A stretch of DNA of 64,000 nucleotides from Rhodosorus marinus CCMP1338 (GCA_029953675.1 JAMWBK010000006.1:620001-684000), one strand, 5' to 3'; shown: positions 48,090-61,484, numbered from the stretch's first letter. Program-made: numbers and translations. Notes: generated by a model from the sequence alone, not told the origin.

Positions 48090-49308
48090 TGTATCGATAA
48101 AACTCCCAAATTCAGAAGCAGAACTCCCCAGCAAGGCTTCTAGTGAACAGAATTTCCAGACAGAATATAAACCAAGGCTGACGATGAACCCAGCACAAAT
48201 TGGAATCTAAGCCCAGCTGCTATATTGGGGTGAATAGCAGGTTATCCATCCGGCCACTGCTGCGATGGAATCCACGCCGGCTCGGGTCGTAAGAGCCAAG
48301 CCCACTGATGGACGGTGGAGTAACCCTCGAGAGACGGAGTACGACTGTGGTACGATGGCATGAGCATGAGTGATTGCGGCCGCAGACTTGATCTAAGGGA
48401 TCAGTGCGGCTGGCGAACTAAGCTCTAGAAGCGCTAACAAGCATGTAAAGAACGCACACCGGATGAAACAACGCAGTATCGCTACCGGGCTTTACAAGAG
48501 ATTTATAACGACAATTCCAATGGTTAAGAGGTTTACCATAATCAGCTCCTCTAGCGCGGACGTATTTTCAACACGGTACGAGAAGATTTGTTGCTTCAGG
48601 CGCTCCGTATCTTGCTCTCTATGATGCGAGCCCTTCCATCTGCTCGAATAGCCAAAACAACTCAATGCAATACCCTACATCAGGGACAGGGAGGAGCAAC
48701 TACCGCGGAGCAACTACCGCGCGAAGGAAAAGTACCAAGAAAGGCAGCTCCGCCCACGACTACTAAACAGAACCTAAAGCCCAAAACACCCAATTGATTC
48801 GGATATTTTCTGTACGAAGCACAAAACTGAGAAGCAAAAAGGCCTCAGCAGGTTGGAGCAGACAAGTCATTCCACGAATTCCAAGACCAGAATCCACTTT
48901 TACAAATCCCTCTGATGAAAACCGATTTCAAATTGTCTAAATGGATCTCACGGCGATGTCCGTCGATGTTCACGCTCATGACGACTTCGCGGACTTTGCG
49001 CGTACCTTGATGCAGAGCAGAATAATTCTCTGCCGATTGCAAGAAAAGAGTTGAAGCCGCTCACCTGATTACAAAGACAAGACTTTTCAAAGTGGGTGTA
49101 GGGACAACCGCGCCAATGCCAAGCAGGGTCCCACGGCGGTGTCATCAATGTTCACGGCCATGACGAAGACCCGATTTCGTACAGTGGCGGACGGGACAAA
49201 AAGGTAAGAACTTTAACTTCTGCTGAGTGGTGTACTAGATAGGGAGCTCTTTGTTAATAAGATACTGGATGATGATGAGCAGTAGAGAGAACTGCTGAAA
49301 AGAAAGTT

Positions 49309-52300
49309 ATGGGTTTGTACAGCGATTATCGTGTGTTGGGACTTGTTTGCGATGGTCCTGCACAGGGTAGTTGTGGTTCGGTTGTGAACTCTCTGGGGAG
49401 TAAGTGGTTTGTGACCTGTCCTGTAGATAAAGGACGATCCGTACATCTGTATGACGCGTCTACGTTACGCTTGAAGGGTTCTGCCAAGGTATGTAGCGGG
49501 AGTGAGTTCATCGCTGCATTAGCTGCAGCGGGTGAGGTCACGTTCGCGGCGGTGGGTCGGGACATTGTCGTGTTGAAGAGGATGAAGCGAGTGGCAACTT
49601 GGAGTGCGCATGAGGATGCTATCACTTCGTTGTTGGTTTTTGGAAACTATTTATTGTCTGTGTCTGCGAATGAAAATCGGGTAATTGCGTGGAACAGAGA
49701 AGATGGAAAAATTGCATCGGACTTCTATGTGAATCCGGGCTTTCATATTACGACAATTACACATCCTCCAACGTAAGGACCATTCCAAACAAAAGCTCGC
49801 AATTGCTAGAGGAAGTTGAGACGGAATGGACCCGTTGTTATTATCGCTACCATCCTGTTTCTGCCATGCGTATCAACAGATACCTCAATAAGGTGCTACT
49901 CGGAGGACAGGATGGAAGCTTGCAGCTATGGAATGTTCGAACGACGAAGCTTATCCACAAGTTTCGAGGCTTTGGATCCGCGATCACCAATCTCGAGCCC
50001 AGTTCAGTCGTGGACGTTGTTGCTGTTGGTCACGCAGACGGAAACACAGTTCTTCACAATTTTCGGTTTGATGAGAGCGTGTTATCTTTCAAACACAGCG
50101 AAGAATCTTCTGGTAAGAATAAGAACCGTTGTCAAGCTCGTCGTGCTCTTCCCTATGCCGTCATGCTTTCCGTGCGTCTCTCGCTGTATTCAAGAGGCAA
50201 GATCCAGCTCAGCGTTGAAAAGATTCCATTGCCTGAATCACAGCAGAATTTAGTGCATTATGCTAGCAGTTCGAGCTATATGTTTCTATCTTGAATTCTC
50301 TAAGACCCTTTTGTTCCTGGTTGCAAAAATGGAATTCGGTCTGCGTGACTCGTGAGACTGAATACCCTCATTGTTTTTACTGTTACTTTTGGTTCCTTTG
50401 TCAGTTACTAGCCTCTGTTTTAGAAGCGATGGGGATGAGAGCCTGGTCATTTCACACGCTAATGGCGATCTCGCGGTGTGGGACCTGAACGAGCGGCGAC
50501 TTCGCATGATATCTCACGAAGTTCATAAAGGAGGAGTGGCTACGTCGAGCTTTACCTCGGGGGAGCCTGTTCTCATTACGACTGGACTGACGGACAACTG
50601 TCTCAAGGTTCACATTTTCGATCAACCAGACGGATCTCCGCGTGTTCTGCGCTTCAGATCCGGGCACGTGGGCCCCCCGGTGAGGGTTAGGTTCTGCGGT
50701 GGAGATGGAAGGCAGTTGATCTCGGCTGGTTTGGACCGTGAACTTCGAGTGATTTCCACCATTCGCGATGCTCAGAATAGGGTCATTTCTCAGAAAGCCC
50801 TCAGGAAGCGAAAACGGCGTTCCGAAGCGAAGATACGCTCGGAGCTCGTAGTCGATGACCAGTTCGCGGGCCTCCCACCGGTTGTGGATATCGCGGTCGG
50901 CTCTGCCAGGCGTGAAGATGAGGATTTCGCGAACATTGTGACAGCTCATGAAGGGATTAAGGGAGCATTCACATGGCGCATGGAGTCCGGCGCACTAGCC
51001 TCCCATGTACTGAGAACTGAGGACGACGAGACCCCGAATGCTAACGGAATTTCTATGAAAGTAACTTCAACCTCTGTACAAATCTCCCCAGCGGGCCACA
51101 TCGCCTTCGTTGGATGTTCGGATGGATCCCTCAGCTCTTACAACCTTCAAAGCGGCCGACTCGTCGCTAGATCTCCCGAGAAGCACAAAGCGCGCATCAC
51201 GGCAATAGCAATTGATTCGATTGGAGAGACTCTCGTAAGCGGATCTGATGATCAATCGCTCAAGTTTTGGGACGCTCACACTATGCAGGCTAGTGGGGAG
51301 CCTATCACACTCAAGAGTGGTATCGAGTTGATCTCATGGAGTGTCGATTCAGACCTTATTGCGGCTGGCTGCGACGACCTTTCGGTAAAACAGACGCCTC
51401 TCCCAGATCTGATTGTGAAGATTGCTTCTCATCATAGTGACGTTCTTTCTCTCCATTTAGATTCGGATCTATGATGCTGAGACGCGCAAGCTAGCGCGAC
51501 GCTTGAAAGGACATACAGCGAGAATAACGGATCTGTGCTTTGCTCCTAGCGGAAGGTGGATTCTATCCTCCTCCATGGACGCATCGCTTCGAACGTGGGA
51601 TCTGCTTGCGGGCGTAGAGGTTGATAAGCTGGATTGCGAGTCACCGCCAACTTCCATCGCTCTATCACCGGAAGGTAGCTTTGTCGCAGTCGTTTTCGCT
51701 GGGGAAGTCGGCATAACCTTGCTCGTGAACAAGGCGCACTTCGGAGCAGCATCGATGTCGTTAGGGAAGGATGACGAGCAAGGCCAGACAGGAGGGCAGC
51801 TCAATGAGCTCGATGTATCCATAGCTGATGATTTGGTAACGCTGTCCAGCGTGCCAGTGTCCCAGTGGATAGTTCTGTCAAACCTTGAACTGCTTCGGGA
51901 GCGGAACAAGCCGAAGGTCCCGGTGAAGAAATCAGAGTCCGCTCCTTTCTTCTTACCAACGACGAAGGGGCTGAATCCTTCTTTCGACGTGAAGTCACAG
52001 CCACGAGGTACTATGCTTCGCACTCGAGCTCTGGCGTAGTCTTTGTCAATATTTGACTTGAAATTTTCCTCTGCGCCCTGCCTCCTCTAATGTCATTGCC
52101 AGAAATTGTTGAGCAGAAAAGTGACCGTGCGTTTGGGTCACTTATGGAGCTGAGCGAATTTGGAAGGCTTTGTGTTGATGGCAAGTACGCGACAGCGTTG
52201 GAGTTAGCCAAAAAACTTGGGCCTTCTGGAATTGACCTGCAGCTTCGTTCAATTGAGGACACGGACAGCCAGCTGTCTGTACTGAAGTATTTCGTTTACG

Positions 52301-52598
52301 CGCTGTCATTACAGAAGGATTTTGATCTTATCGAAGCACACATGGGTAGGTAGATCCCGGCAATCCTTCCGCCCGCAGCAGCACAGCTCGTCAGTGATTC
52401 TAATCGACCACAAATTTTGTGTGGCGGTCGCTTGAAGACCTATTTCTTAGGATCCATGGTGGCCAACTCGCGGAGGAAAGACAGTGCGCAATGCAATTGC
52501 GGGAGTTGAAAGCTGTTCATGAGGACGCTTGGAAGGATCTCAGGGACTCGTTTTCCATGGTCCTCACTCTAACTGCCCATTTCTCTGGTCAGCAGTAG
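49309..52598 (+). CDS. UTP21: U3 snoRNP WD40 protein (multi-exon)
   Basis: N-terminal LYSDYRVLGLV, YLNKVLLGGQDGSLQLWNVRT, RVLRFRSGHVGPP, FANIVTAHEG, SYNLQSG, GHTARITDLCF, KSESAPFFLPT, KKLGPSGIDLQLRS, QKDFDLIEAHM. Confidence 0.93.
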
Positions 52599-52814
52599 TC
52601 ATTGGGATGCTGTTGTTTCCAGAGGTTTTTGTTGATTAACTGTTCCCTTTTCGCATAGTAAAGAACGCAACTTTTTAAACTACTTCAGTGGAACCGCCAG
52701 CTTTAGCATTGAATGGTCCCCATCCTCAGCGTCCGTTTCGCCACTTGAACGAGAGCACGCATGCAGATGAGCAATGCGATTTTCAGACTTTGCTGCCAAT
52801 AATTCTTTATTTAT

Positions 52815-53946
52815 CTATGCGGCAGAAATAGTAATGTTTGTGCCCTTGCTCAGGAACTCAGAATACTCCTGGAACGGACTGCGAGTGAACACGGTCTCTC
52901 TCCAGAGCTCTGGTGTAAGGAAGCTATATGTTTTGGAGATAGCATCAAAGGTGGCCTTGGCGAAGTTTCCAAGGGTTCGCGTATGTCCAGTTGAGGCCGT
53001 GAACACGTCTTCATAGCCGGCCATGGTTAGCAGTTTCTTCGGTACTCGTGCAGCAACAATTCCAGTTCCTCGGGGTGCAGGCACAAGCCTAAATCGAACT
53101 GATCCGCACTTGCCAGTAACCTAAAGGTTGGAATGCACGCGGTGTATTAGAAACATACCAGGCCAGAACAAACGAACGTACACTCTTCGCACAACTTATG
53201 CCCCTGAGTAATCGTACCTTGCACGGAACTGTGTGCGGTTGACCGATCTTGTTTCCCCAGTATCCTCTTCGAACCGGAACAATGGCAAGCTTAGCGGCGA
53301 CGATTGCTCCACGAATAGCAGTTGCGACTTCCTTCGCGGTCTTCACACCAAGTCCAACGTGACCATTTGAGTCCCCAACAATAACGAAGGCCTTGAATCG
53401 AGTCCTCTGTCCTGCACGAGTCTGCTTCTGCACAGGCATGATCTTCAATACTTCATCCTTCAGCTTATCTTCTCCGAGGAAATGATCGATAATCTGGTAC
53501 TCCTTGACCGGGATCGAGAACAGGAAAACGTGCTCCAATCGCTGGATCTTCTTGTCCTTCACCAATCTTCCCAATTTCGTCATCGGAACCCATTCCTTCC
53601 TCTCATCTCCTCCACGTCGGGAACCTCTACCCCGTCGTCCACCACGTCCCCCCCTCGGACCACCCGGAAAACCGCCTCCGCGTCCACCGCGGGCACCTTA
53701 GCATTCCACAAAACCAGGAACAAAACAAGAACAAAAAAGTCCAGAACGAGCGCTTGATCAGCCTCAATAAATCTCAAGAAAAAGTCAAAAGAAACCCCGC
53801 ACACCCTCTTTCTCGCGACGAAAGACTAACAAAAAAAAAACAACTAAAAAAACCCACCCACAGGCCTCCTCAAAACAAAACAACGATAAAAACAGCTCCT
53901 CCCCCACTATTCACTTACCGTCCTTAGCTCCAGCAGCAGACTGCAT
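52815..53946 (-). CDS. RPS2: 40S ribosomal protein uS5/S2 (3 exons)
   Basis: Exon 1 MQSAAGAKD(G)|gtaagt joins an RGG-rich region, then [82 protein letters not shown]. Confidence 0.97.
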
Positions 53947-54604
53947 GACTCCTTTCTCACTCAGCTACCCCTCCCTTCTCTCTCCCCCTCTCTCCCTCTC
54001 CCCCCTTTCTACCTATCTATCCCTTTACCCTTCTACCATCCCGCGACCCTTTCTTCTTCCCCACCCCCTAAACAACCCTTCCCATCAATGCCATCAAAAA
54101 AAAATTCCGACGTTCAATGCCCAACTTCATCCGTCCCCTCCTTCGCCGCGTCACCGCCGAAAGAAACCAAAAAAGCTCCAAACCCAAAGCGCAATCCAAA
54201 TATCAATCTACTCTTGTTATATTGACTGATACTATTCTACCCACGTTTTGCATAAGGCGAAGAATACAATGGGTTGCATCATGGCAAATTTTGTTGGGTT
54301 TCAAATTTAGTAACTTTTTAGAAGGAATAATGATGAGTAGGACCTTATCCGTACCCCTCTGCTGTTTCATAGACCTTTTTTCCGGTTGGTTTGACCTACA
54401 GCTGTCCACATTCTATGCCTGAATTTTCTGGAAGGGGTAGGATAGAATGTTGATTATTTCCTTTTTTTGCTTATTGGTGTTAGGGGAGGGCGTAAGGTCA
54501 AGAAGTTCAGTCAGAGAGATTAAAGTTTGAAAATTAATGAGAGCATGGTTCGCTGGAGACGACTTTCCAGGGGGTAGAGAATTTCACTGTTTCTATTGTT
54601 TTTT

Positions 54605-55300
54605 GGGGTAGGAAAATGTGAGGGGGTTTGATTTTGAGTGAGAGGCGGAAATGAGGGATTTCTGCACCGCCGGCGCACTGCTGGATAATATTTTGAATAA
54701 ATGAATATTTTCAATGCGTGAAGTTTTCTTCTGGGAAACTTGTAGGAGGATTCCGAAATGGTTGAACTGCCGGTGAAGGTTTGGGACCGATTGTGGGACA
54801 CCGCGGGACAAAAACAAAGCCTCTCGATAATAGCCATTGTTGTTGAGCCGATCCCGCCCGCGATTGTTGCACGGAGAAACAGCGCTAGGATCTGGCCTAG
54901 TATAAGAATATGATTGGGTCAGTGATCTGAAGTATGGTCGTGGACGATGCAGTCTGTGCGTAGCGCCATGGAAAACATTCTCCTGGTCGCAGGTTACTTG
55001 CTTTTGTTCAGGGCTCCTTTCTATGGTTAGTGTTTGGTGAATGGTTTCTAATTATTTTTGCTGCTGTCTGGGTAGATTTATACCACTAATGTCCTCTTCC
55101 AGACGTGTTCGTTGCCCCTGCATGACTTGCGAGTGTCACCAGTTGGAAACCTATCAACTAGCCAAGCTCCTGCCTGCTTGAAAATTTGTTCGTCATGGCA
55201 ACGTCCAGGGCCTCAACCGCCTTATCTCCACCCTGGACATTTCCGGAAAGTTTCACGGCGAAGAACAACTTTGCCTCCCCACCGAGAAACCCTTATCACG
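54605..55300 (+). pseudogene. Possible decayed Rab-like small GTPase relic
   Basis: GVGKC (54605) and MVELPVKVWDRLWDTAGQ (54758-54811) are in the same frame but separated by stops. Weaker downstream fragments are WTMQSVRSAMENILLVAG and ESFTAKN. No intact ORF. Confidence 0.3.
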
Positions 55301-56348
55301 CTGATCTGATGGCTCGCTATGGTCGAGCGTGAGCGAAAAACCACGGCGAACCTGACGGAACTTTTTCCTTTCCTTTGATCCAATAGCTTGGTCACTTGAT
55401 CTACTCCGTACATCATGCTATCTTGGCATTCGTCGGACGAGCAAATTGCTGTTCGCGCTAGGTCAATCCCTGTACCCGTTCGTCAGCAGAAAACGAACCT
55501 CAAGGGTTGCAGAGGCACAAAGTCCTATACCGAAGGGAGTATCATCTCGAGCCTATTGTAAGGACTCATTCAGGTCTTTATCGAGATCTCTTCATCCGCA
55601 GAACTTCACATATTCCAAGCGCTCCACCAGTTCTGCGTCGACGCTGCTGGCCTTCTTAGAGGTATGGCGGGTTCAACCTCCGCTAGATATAGTAGAGGAT
55701 GCGCGGCGGCAACAGCTGTGGAATGATGCCTAGAGGGGAATAGGGCCGACTCAGGCGGTGAGAAATCTCATCGTGGTACGGTGAGCAGTTCGGTGCCATA
55801 AAAGAGTGAGGTCTACTGCCTCAAGTCGTCAAACCGAAATATAATGTCAATGCGGAGGGTTTTAGAGAATGGAGTTAGCGGACCCAGGTCGAGGTGAAGA
55901 TAGCATGTAGTCTGGAGTGGAATCTACGAATTAAATCACCCAAGGATGCATCGTAGAACGCCCTGAAGAAGTACTTATAGGACATCCAGTACTAGTCGCC
56001 TGACAAAAGACTGTAAGGAGGTCGGGTCAAGCAAGAAGGAACCCACCGCGAAATACAATAGAACTGTGAGCAAAGTACCCGAAGGCGCCTAAAATGTACA
56101 TGGGGACATAGGACTGTATGTCTGGGTTGACCGTGACAGCAGGATAGGAGTAGATTAACGCAAACGGGTAGCTCTACCAGCATATGAGATCCATTTGTTA
56201 AAAGAGACAACGTTGTGTTACCCTTGCATGTGATAGTGTGGTCATTAGTGCTGGGACCGCGCTTGGACATGCAGTGGACATGCACGGACCTGCGAGACTG
56301 CCCAACGAGCTCAATTGAGCTCGGCCTCTGGTTCACTCGTAGAAAGTT

Positions 56349-57483
56349 TTAGTTAGGTCTCAACATGACCAGAGCGGTCTCCTTGAAGACGGTAATGCAC
56401 TAAAAGGAACCGTAGGACTGTTTCGAACTTCTTGTTTATTATCAGCTTCAACCGCCGCTAAGTACTCTTCTAGATTACGAAACGTCCGGTGCAGGTTCAC
56501 ATGGTATGCTTGTTGTATTTCTCCCATATAGATCCCGAGGTCAACATTTTCAAGAATCTTCAACAACGTATGGAGAAGAGTCGAACCCCAGAATCGAATC
56601 GTGCCTCCTTTACGATCAAGTGTGGTTCCCAATCTTTGCTTGTTTAATCCTTAATTACCGCTCATCACCTTTTCCTCGAGAATACGCTCTTGCGGTTGAT
56701 GCCCAACAACTGTTTCAAACAGGTACGAAAACATGGCAAACGACGCACAACCCCTGATCGCAGCTTGTGGACCCTGCGGCGCAGAGAAGAGGGCTCCAGA
56801 TCCGCATGCTCCGATAACACTGTTGTATTTGTCGCTCTTCTCACGAGCCACCTAACAAGAGCAAGCATGAAAATCAATAAACAGCACTAGACAATGCCTT
56901 TTACCGGTATAGAATCTTCATGCAGTCGAACTCACCCGTGCGAGAGTCTGTAGCCCACTATACGCGGCACCAAGACTTCCCCATGTGCCTCCGTTTTGCT
57001 TTGCATTAGCCCATGCTGCCTGCAATGTTCTCTCAGACCATGCCCCAGAGACGAAACCGAAGATACCACCAATCACAGCGCCATTGAGGAAGCTAGTGGC
57101 GGTAATAATAGCCACTGTGATCACTTTCTCATACATCGTCCTGTTTCAGATAACAGAAATAACAACACAGAAACACCCCCAAAAAGTCATTGTGAGAAGC
57201 AGGCAAGAGGATGCGTAGCGAAAACCCATGGTCTCGGGCTTTGCTCGACGTTCCGGGGGAGGGGGGTGGGTCGGCGCGAGCCTGGCCACGACACTCACCA
57301 CTGCCGCTCCTCCTGCAGAGTACCCGGAGCCACATCCTTTGACCCCGCGATCGCAATCCTCGGTTCCCAAAACATAAACCCAGCCATCTGCTGCGGACAG
57401 CACCTCACCCTTCTCCGACGACCATTCCCAGATCCAACCGATCTCCCCATCCCGCCACCACTTGTCCCTCCGATCTGAAGCAT
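56349..57483 (-). CDS. Tim17/Tim22/Tim23 (PRAT)-family membrane protein with N- and C-terminal extensions, multi-exon
   Basis: FLNGAVIGGIFGFVSG..AKQNGGTWGSLGAAYSGLQTLAR | REKSDKYNSVIGACGSGALFSAPQGPQAAIRGCASFAMFSYL. Exon 1 MLQIGG...EERQ(W) splices to TMYEKV. The 3' end is uncertain. Confidence 0.8.
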
Positions 57484-58129
57484 CTTCGATCCGAAAGCAA
57501 AACACACCAAACAAAAACAAATAGCAAGCTTGTCTATCAACCCCAAGAAATCAACCACTCATTAACAAAATGACCCGCAGCCTCTCACTCCTCCTCCCAC
57601 CAACAAATGCCCTCCCCCAGGCTAAACAATGCAAAACAGTCAAAAACCCAAACAAACATACACACACACCTTCCCTATCAAATTCTCCAGCCAGGCACGC
57701 CGTTGTCCCAATTCTATCAAAAGAAAAACGCCTTTTCGTCAAAAATTCCGCCACCATCAACAAGGGATTGGCTTCCGCTAAGCACTCTTCATTTCGCAGA
57801 TTGGTAAAATATGAATACCACTCTTAGTTATCATATCAATATTCAGTCCATTTTAATATTTTGACTGACTAATATAGGTGTGACCAGTGTTTTATAAAGT
57901 TTTCAATCTATAACATTGACTGAATATATGTGACGATTAAACGGATGCACGCGGTGGGGGTGGATGGATGGAGCCGGCTGGGGTTGTGTGGGTTTATCCT
58001 GTGGGATGTTTAAAGCGTGGAGGAGCTCTCCTGAGGGAGAAGCTTTTTCGGATTTCGATCTATTTTGCGCGTGGCCGTTGGTTCAGTGTTCTGGCGATTT
58101 TCCGATACTGTGCGGGAACGAGAGTTGAC

Positions 58130-59470
58130 TATCATACCCGGAGACTGGCGAATCCATTAGGTCGCACCACCGCCAGAGAAGCTGACGGAATCACCCTTGC
58201 GGGACGGGAAGGACTATGTGGAGGACTGAGACACCACCAAGACATCACCGGACTCGAGGCTAAATTGGTCGAGCAGCAGATTCGACTGCCCTGCCGATGG
58301 GGAGGGCTTGGATTTGCTCTGCGCACGCGGATTCAACCGGTAGGTTTTCACGCTGGGTGGAAGCAGAGTATTCAGGAGAATACCACGCAGTCATGTTACA
58401 TTAGGCGCCTCCTTTCGGACTGCATCTCGATTATGGGCGGAGGTAGGCGGGCGGAGATCCATATGCAGTGGACCGCGGACGATCTGCCAGTCTAACTCGT
58501 GGCGGCAAGCCGTGCAATACAGAGGAGGCTATCACCCACGGCGAGTGAACGGATCAAGAGGCTCGCGGAATGGCAGCCGTTAGCAGACTCTGCAAGAGGG
58601 AATGAGACGGATCCAGAGAGTTCTCGAAGCCAGACGGTCCCATTCAAAAAACGCACTCTAGAGAGTGCTACCGTCACGCATTCGAGTTACTCACGGATGA
58701 TCCAACAGTGGAGGAGGTCGACAGGGGCAACAATACGGTCAGCGGGAGGGACGTGTTGTGGTGTATGGCTGCGAGACTGCCCTAACGTGCGTCCGAGGAA
58801 GTTAAGCAAGGACGAGATGATTTGGAGTATGAGGTGTTGTTTGGACTGCCCCTTCCAGGCCCAGCACGATCGTACAGTTGTACTATGTGTGACCAGCCAC
58901 ATGACGTACGCAGTATTCAGCGACTACAGCACTGTCGCACATCGTCAGGTGTGCGCACCAACCGCCACGAAGAACTGAAAACGGAGTTGAGCGGGTAATG
59001 CATTTATGGAATTGCACGGATATACAGGTGGAACCGCAAGGGTTGTTCAGAAATTCTGGGCTTCGCCCTGACATTGTCGGGAGACATCCTACCCCCGGAC
59101 ACGTGTACGTATTGGACTTGATGGTAACCTCTCCTCTCCAACGACATCACCTGAGATACAGCGACTGGAAGAGTGGGTATTATGCCGCGGAAAAATCGGA
59201 GCGGCATAAAGTAGCGCGTTATTCGGAAAGCATATCGGATGATGGGCGAGAGTTGATCTTGCTTCCGTTTGTGGTGGATACGTTTGGAAGACTAGGACAG
59301 GCAGGGCTGGAGTTTCTTCGACAAGCGACCGCTCATCTACATGATCGACGAGCAATACCTTTCCTCGGTAAGAGGGCAATTGAATCGAATTCTGTGGCAG
59401 CAAAATGCACAGTTAGAACAGCATGCGATAGAGAAAGATCGCGGGGATCGCACGATATTTCCCCTCACTA
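58130..59470 (+). mobile_element. 5'-truncated, frameshifted non-LTR retrotransposon with restriction-like endonuclease (CRE-like)
   Basis: RT-thumb-like QIRLPCRWGGLG; WLRDCP..KLSKDEMIWSMRCCL; Zn finger CTMC..H...HC...RTNRHEEL (~58870-58990); nuclease RPDI...VLDLMVTSP...AEKSERHKVARY...LLPFVVDTFGRLGQAGLEFL. No RT core present. Confidence 0.8.
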
Positions 59471-60419
59471 GAGTTTAGATGAGACCCCTGGACAGGGGGT
59501 CTGGGTAGGTTAGAGCGTACACTGAACGTTCGTGGTGCGCTACGGAAGGTAGATGCCGAATAAAGGCTACGGGTTTTGGGTGTTTTGTCTGCCGGTGCTC
59601 GGTCGTGGTTGGAATGGCGCGGATTCCTCGCAAGGGCGTGATTTCTGAAAATTCTTTGTAAAGGGGGTCTAGATACATATGCGCGCCATCTGATCGTCTT
59701 CTCGTAGAAGATCTATCGAAGGCCGACAACATCACGAGAGGGCGTACCACCTCCCGCAACAGGAAGTCGCTTTTTCTTGCTGCAGACTACGCCGATCATC
59801 CATCGGGAACAATCTAGCTGCGATGAATTCCGCGTATCCCTCAGAGTAGAACCGGCCGACCACCAAACCCGACCGCCAAGTCCAGAACAAACACCCACAC
59901 TCGCCGAAGCCGAAACCATACCCAAAAGCTGGCTCAATGGCAACTTAGAGTAGGCCAGAATGCATTTGAACAATCGCTAGCATCTCCAGCCCGGCCTCAC
60001 GGACTGGACTACGACTTATCAATCTGGTAGTGCTCGGATCTTCTCTGGATAAGCCCCTCCTTCCCAATTCGAGCCCGCTCGATACTCACATGAGGTCGAT
60101 CTAGCTAGGGTCCTCACAAACCGTCAGATAAATCTTTTCGCGGATCGATTGTTGAATAAATATAGAAAATTATAAGGTATCTCGTTAAAATGCTTCAAAA
60201 AAACTTGTCCGATTGCTGCTCCGATAAAACGTCGGTTACTCAATCAACGTTTGGTTAATAATCAATCATCTCCCGTCCACGTGTTAAATCATGATTATTT
60301 CTCGACACTGACAGGCTGTCTTGGATTCTGGCTCTGTGATTACGTCCCTGCAGGGATGCATTGCTGATTAGCACATTCCTAAACAGCCTGCAGACATATT
60401 TTGAACTAGCGCAACTACC

Positions 60420-60950
60420 CCAAGACGACGATGAATATAATATTATCCTGGCCGAGGGTTATCTCACCGGAGACGCATAATATGGGTGGTCGTTGATACA
60501 CGACAAGCAAAAACCCACCAAGTACAACGGATTTGAGACAACCTTGAAGGCTCAATTTTACCCGGCCGACGCGAAAATCCGAGCTAAGCAACAGCTCTCG
60601 AGAGTGGTCCAACGGACGTCGGTCGCGGCGTACTCGGCATATTTCAACCTGTGCCTCATCCAAGTCGGAACGATCTCCGATTCGCAGAAGTTTGACCGTT
60701 TTGTCGAGGGATTGAAGACTGACATCAAAAGGTATACGTATATACACGATGTCCAAACATTTGGGGAAGCAACAATTGATGCGCTGCCGCCGTACCGGCC
60801 GTATTGATTTTCTGCTAGGGGCTCAGCCGCCATAACCCGGTGTACTACAACCGCCAACGGGGAGTCTCGAAAAGGTCCTCGGATCAATGCTTACTACTGC
60901 CAAGCGGAAGATCCGCACCGAGAAATCGCTAAGAGCCGTTTAGTGTTGAG
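60420..60950 (+). mobile_element. Ty3/gypsy gag fragment
   Basis: FETTLKAQFYPADAKIRAKQQLSRVVQRTSVAAYSAYF...KFDRFVEGLKTDIKRY...QTFGEA (Retrotrans_gag pattern), followed by a degenerate knuckle YYCQAEDPH. Confidence 0.75.
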
Positions 60951-61484
60951 TTACGTTATCGATCCTCAAACGTCAAGCAAATTTTTGATTTCCACTCTGA
61001 ACTCTGAGGTCTCAAGAATATCAATTGATAATTATACTTGGGCAAAATCCATTTTTCTGCCTCTCGCAATCAGTGTGGAGAGCAAAGGTCCAAGGCTTTC
61101 CAACTGGAGTTCCTCGCTCAGGGCTAATACTTCTACAGTCCCTCTCTTCCCTGTCTACCCCCCGCACCTACTAGTACACCATGCTCAGGCTTAGTTCATA
61201 TATACTTCCCCCATCTCATGCGTCCGACCATGAATTAGGGCGTGACAGCTTGTCAATATATAAAATTATCACAATTCAATATTCTACGCACAAGATTCCA
61301 AACAGGCACGTGTCCAGAAGAAGAAGAAGATTGAGATCCAATCAAAATATACGTCGTTGATTGGGGAACATCGGACGTTAAACTATCGTCATCGGACCGG
61401 TTTCAGATGGGCTTTTATATATCTAATTCATGTCCGATACACTTACATTGGACGCTAGCAAGAAGATAAAAACGCCTAATTATT

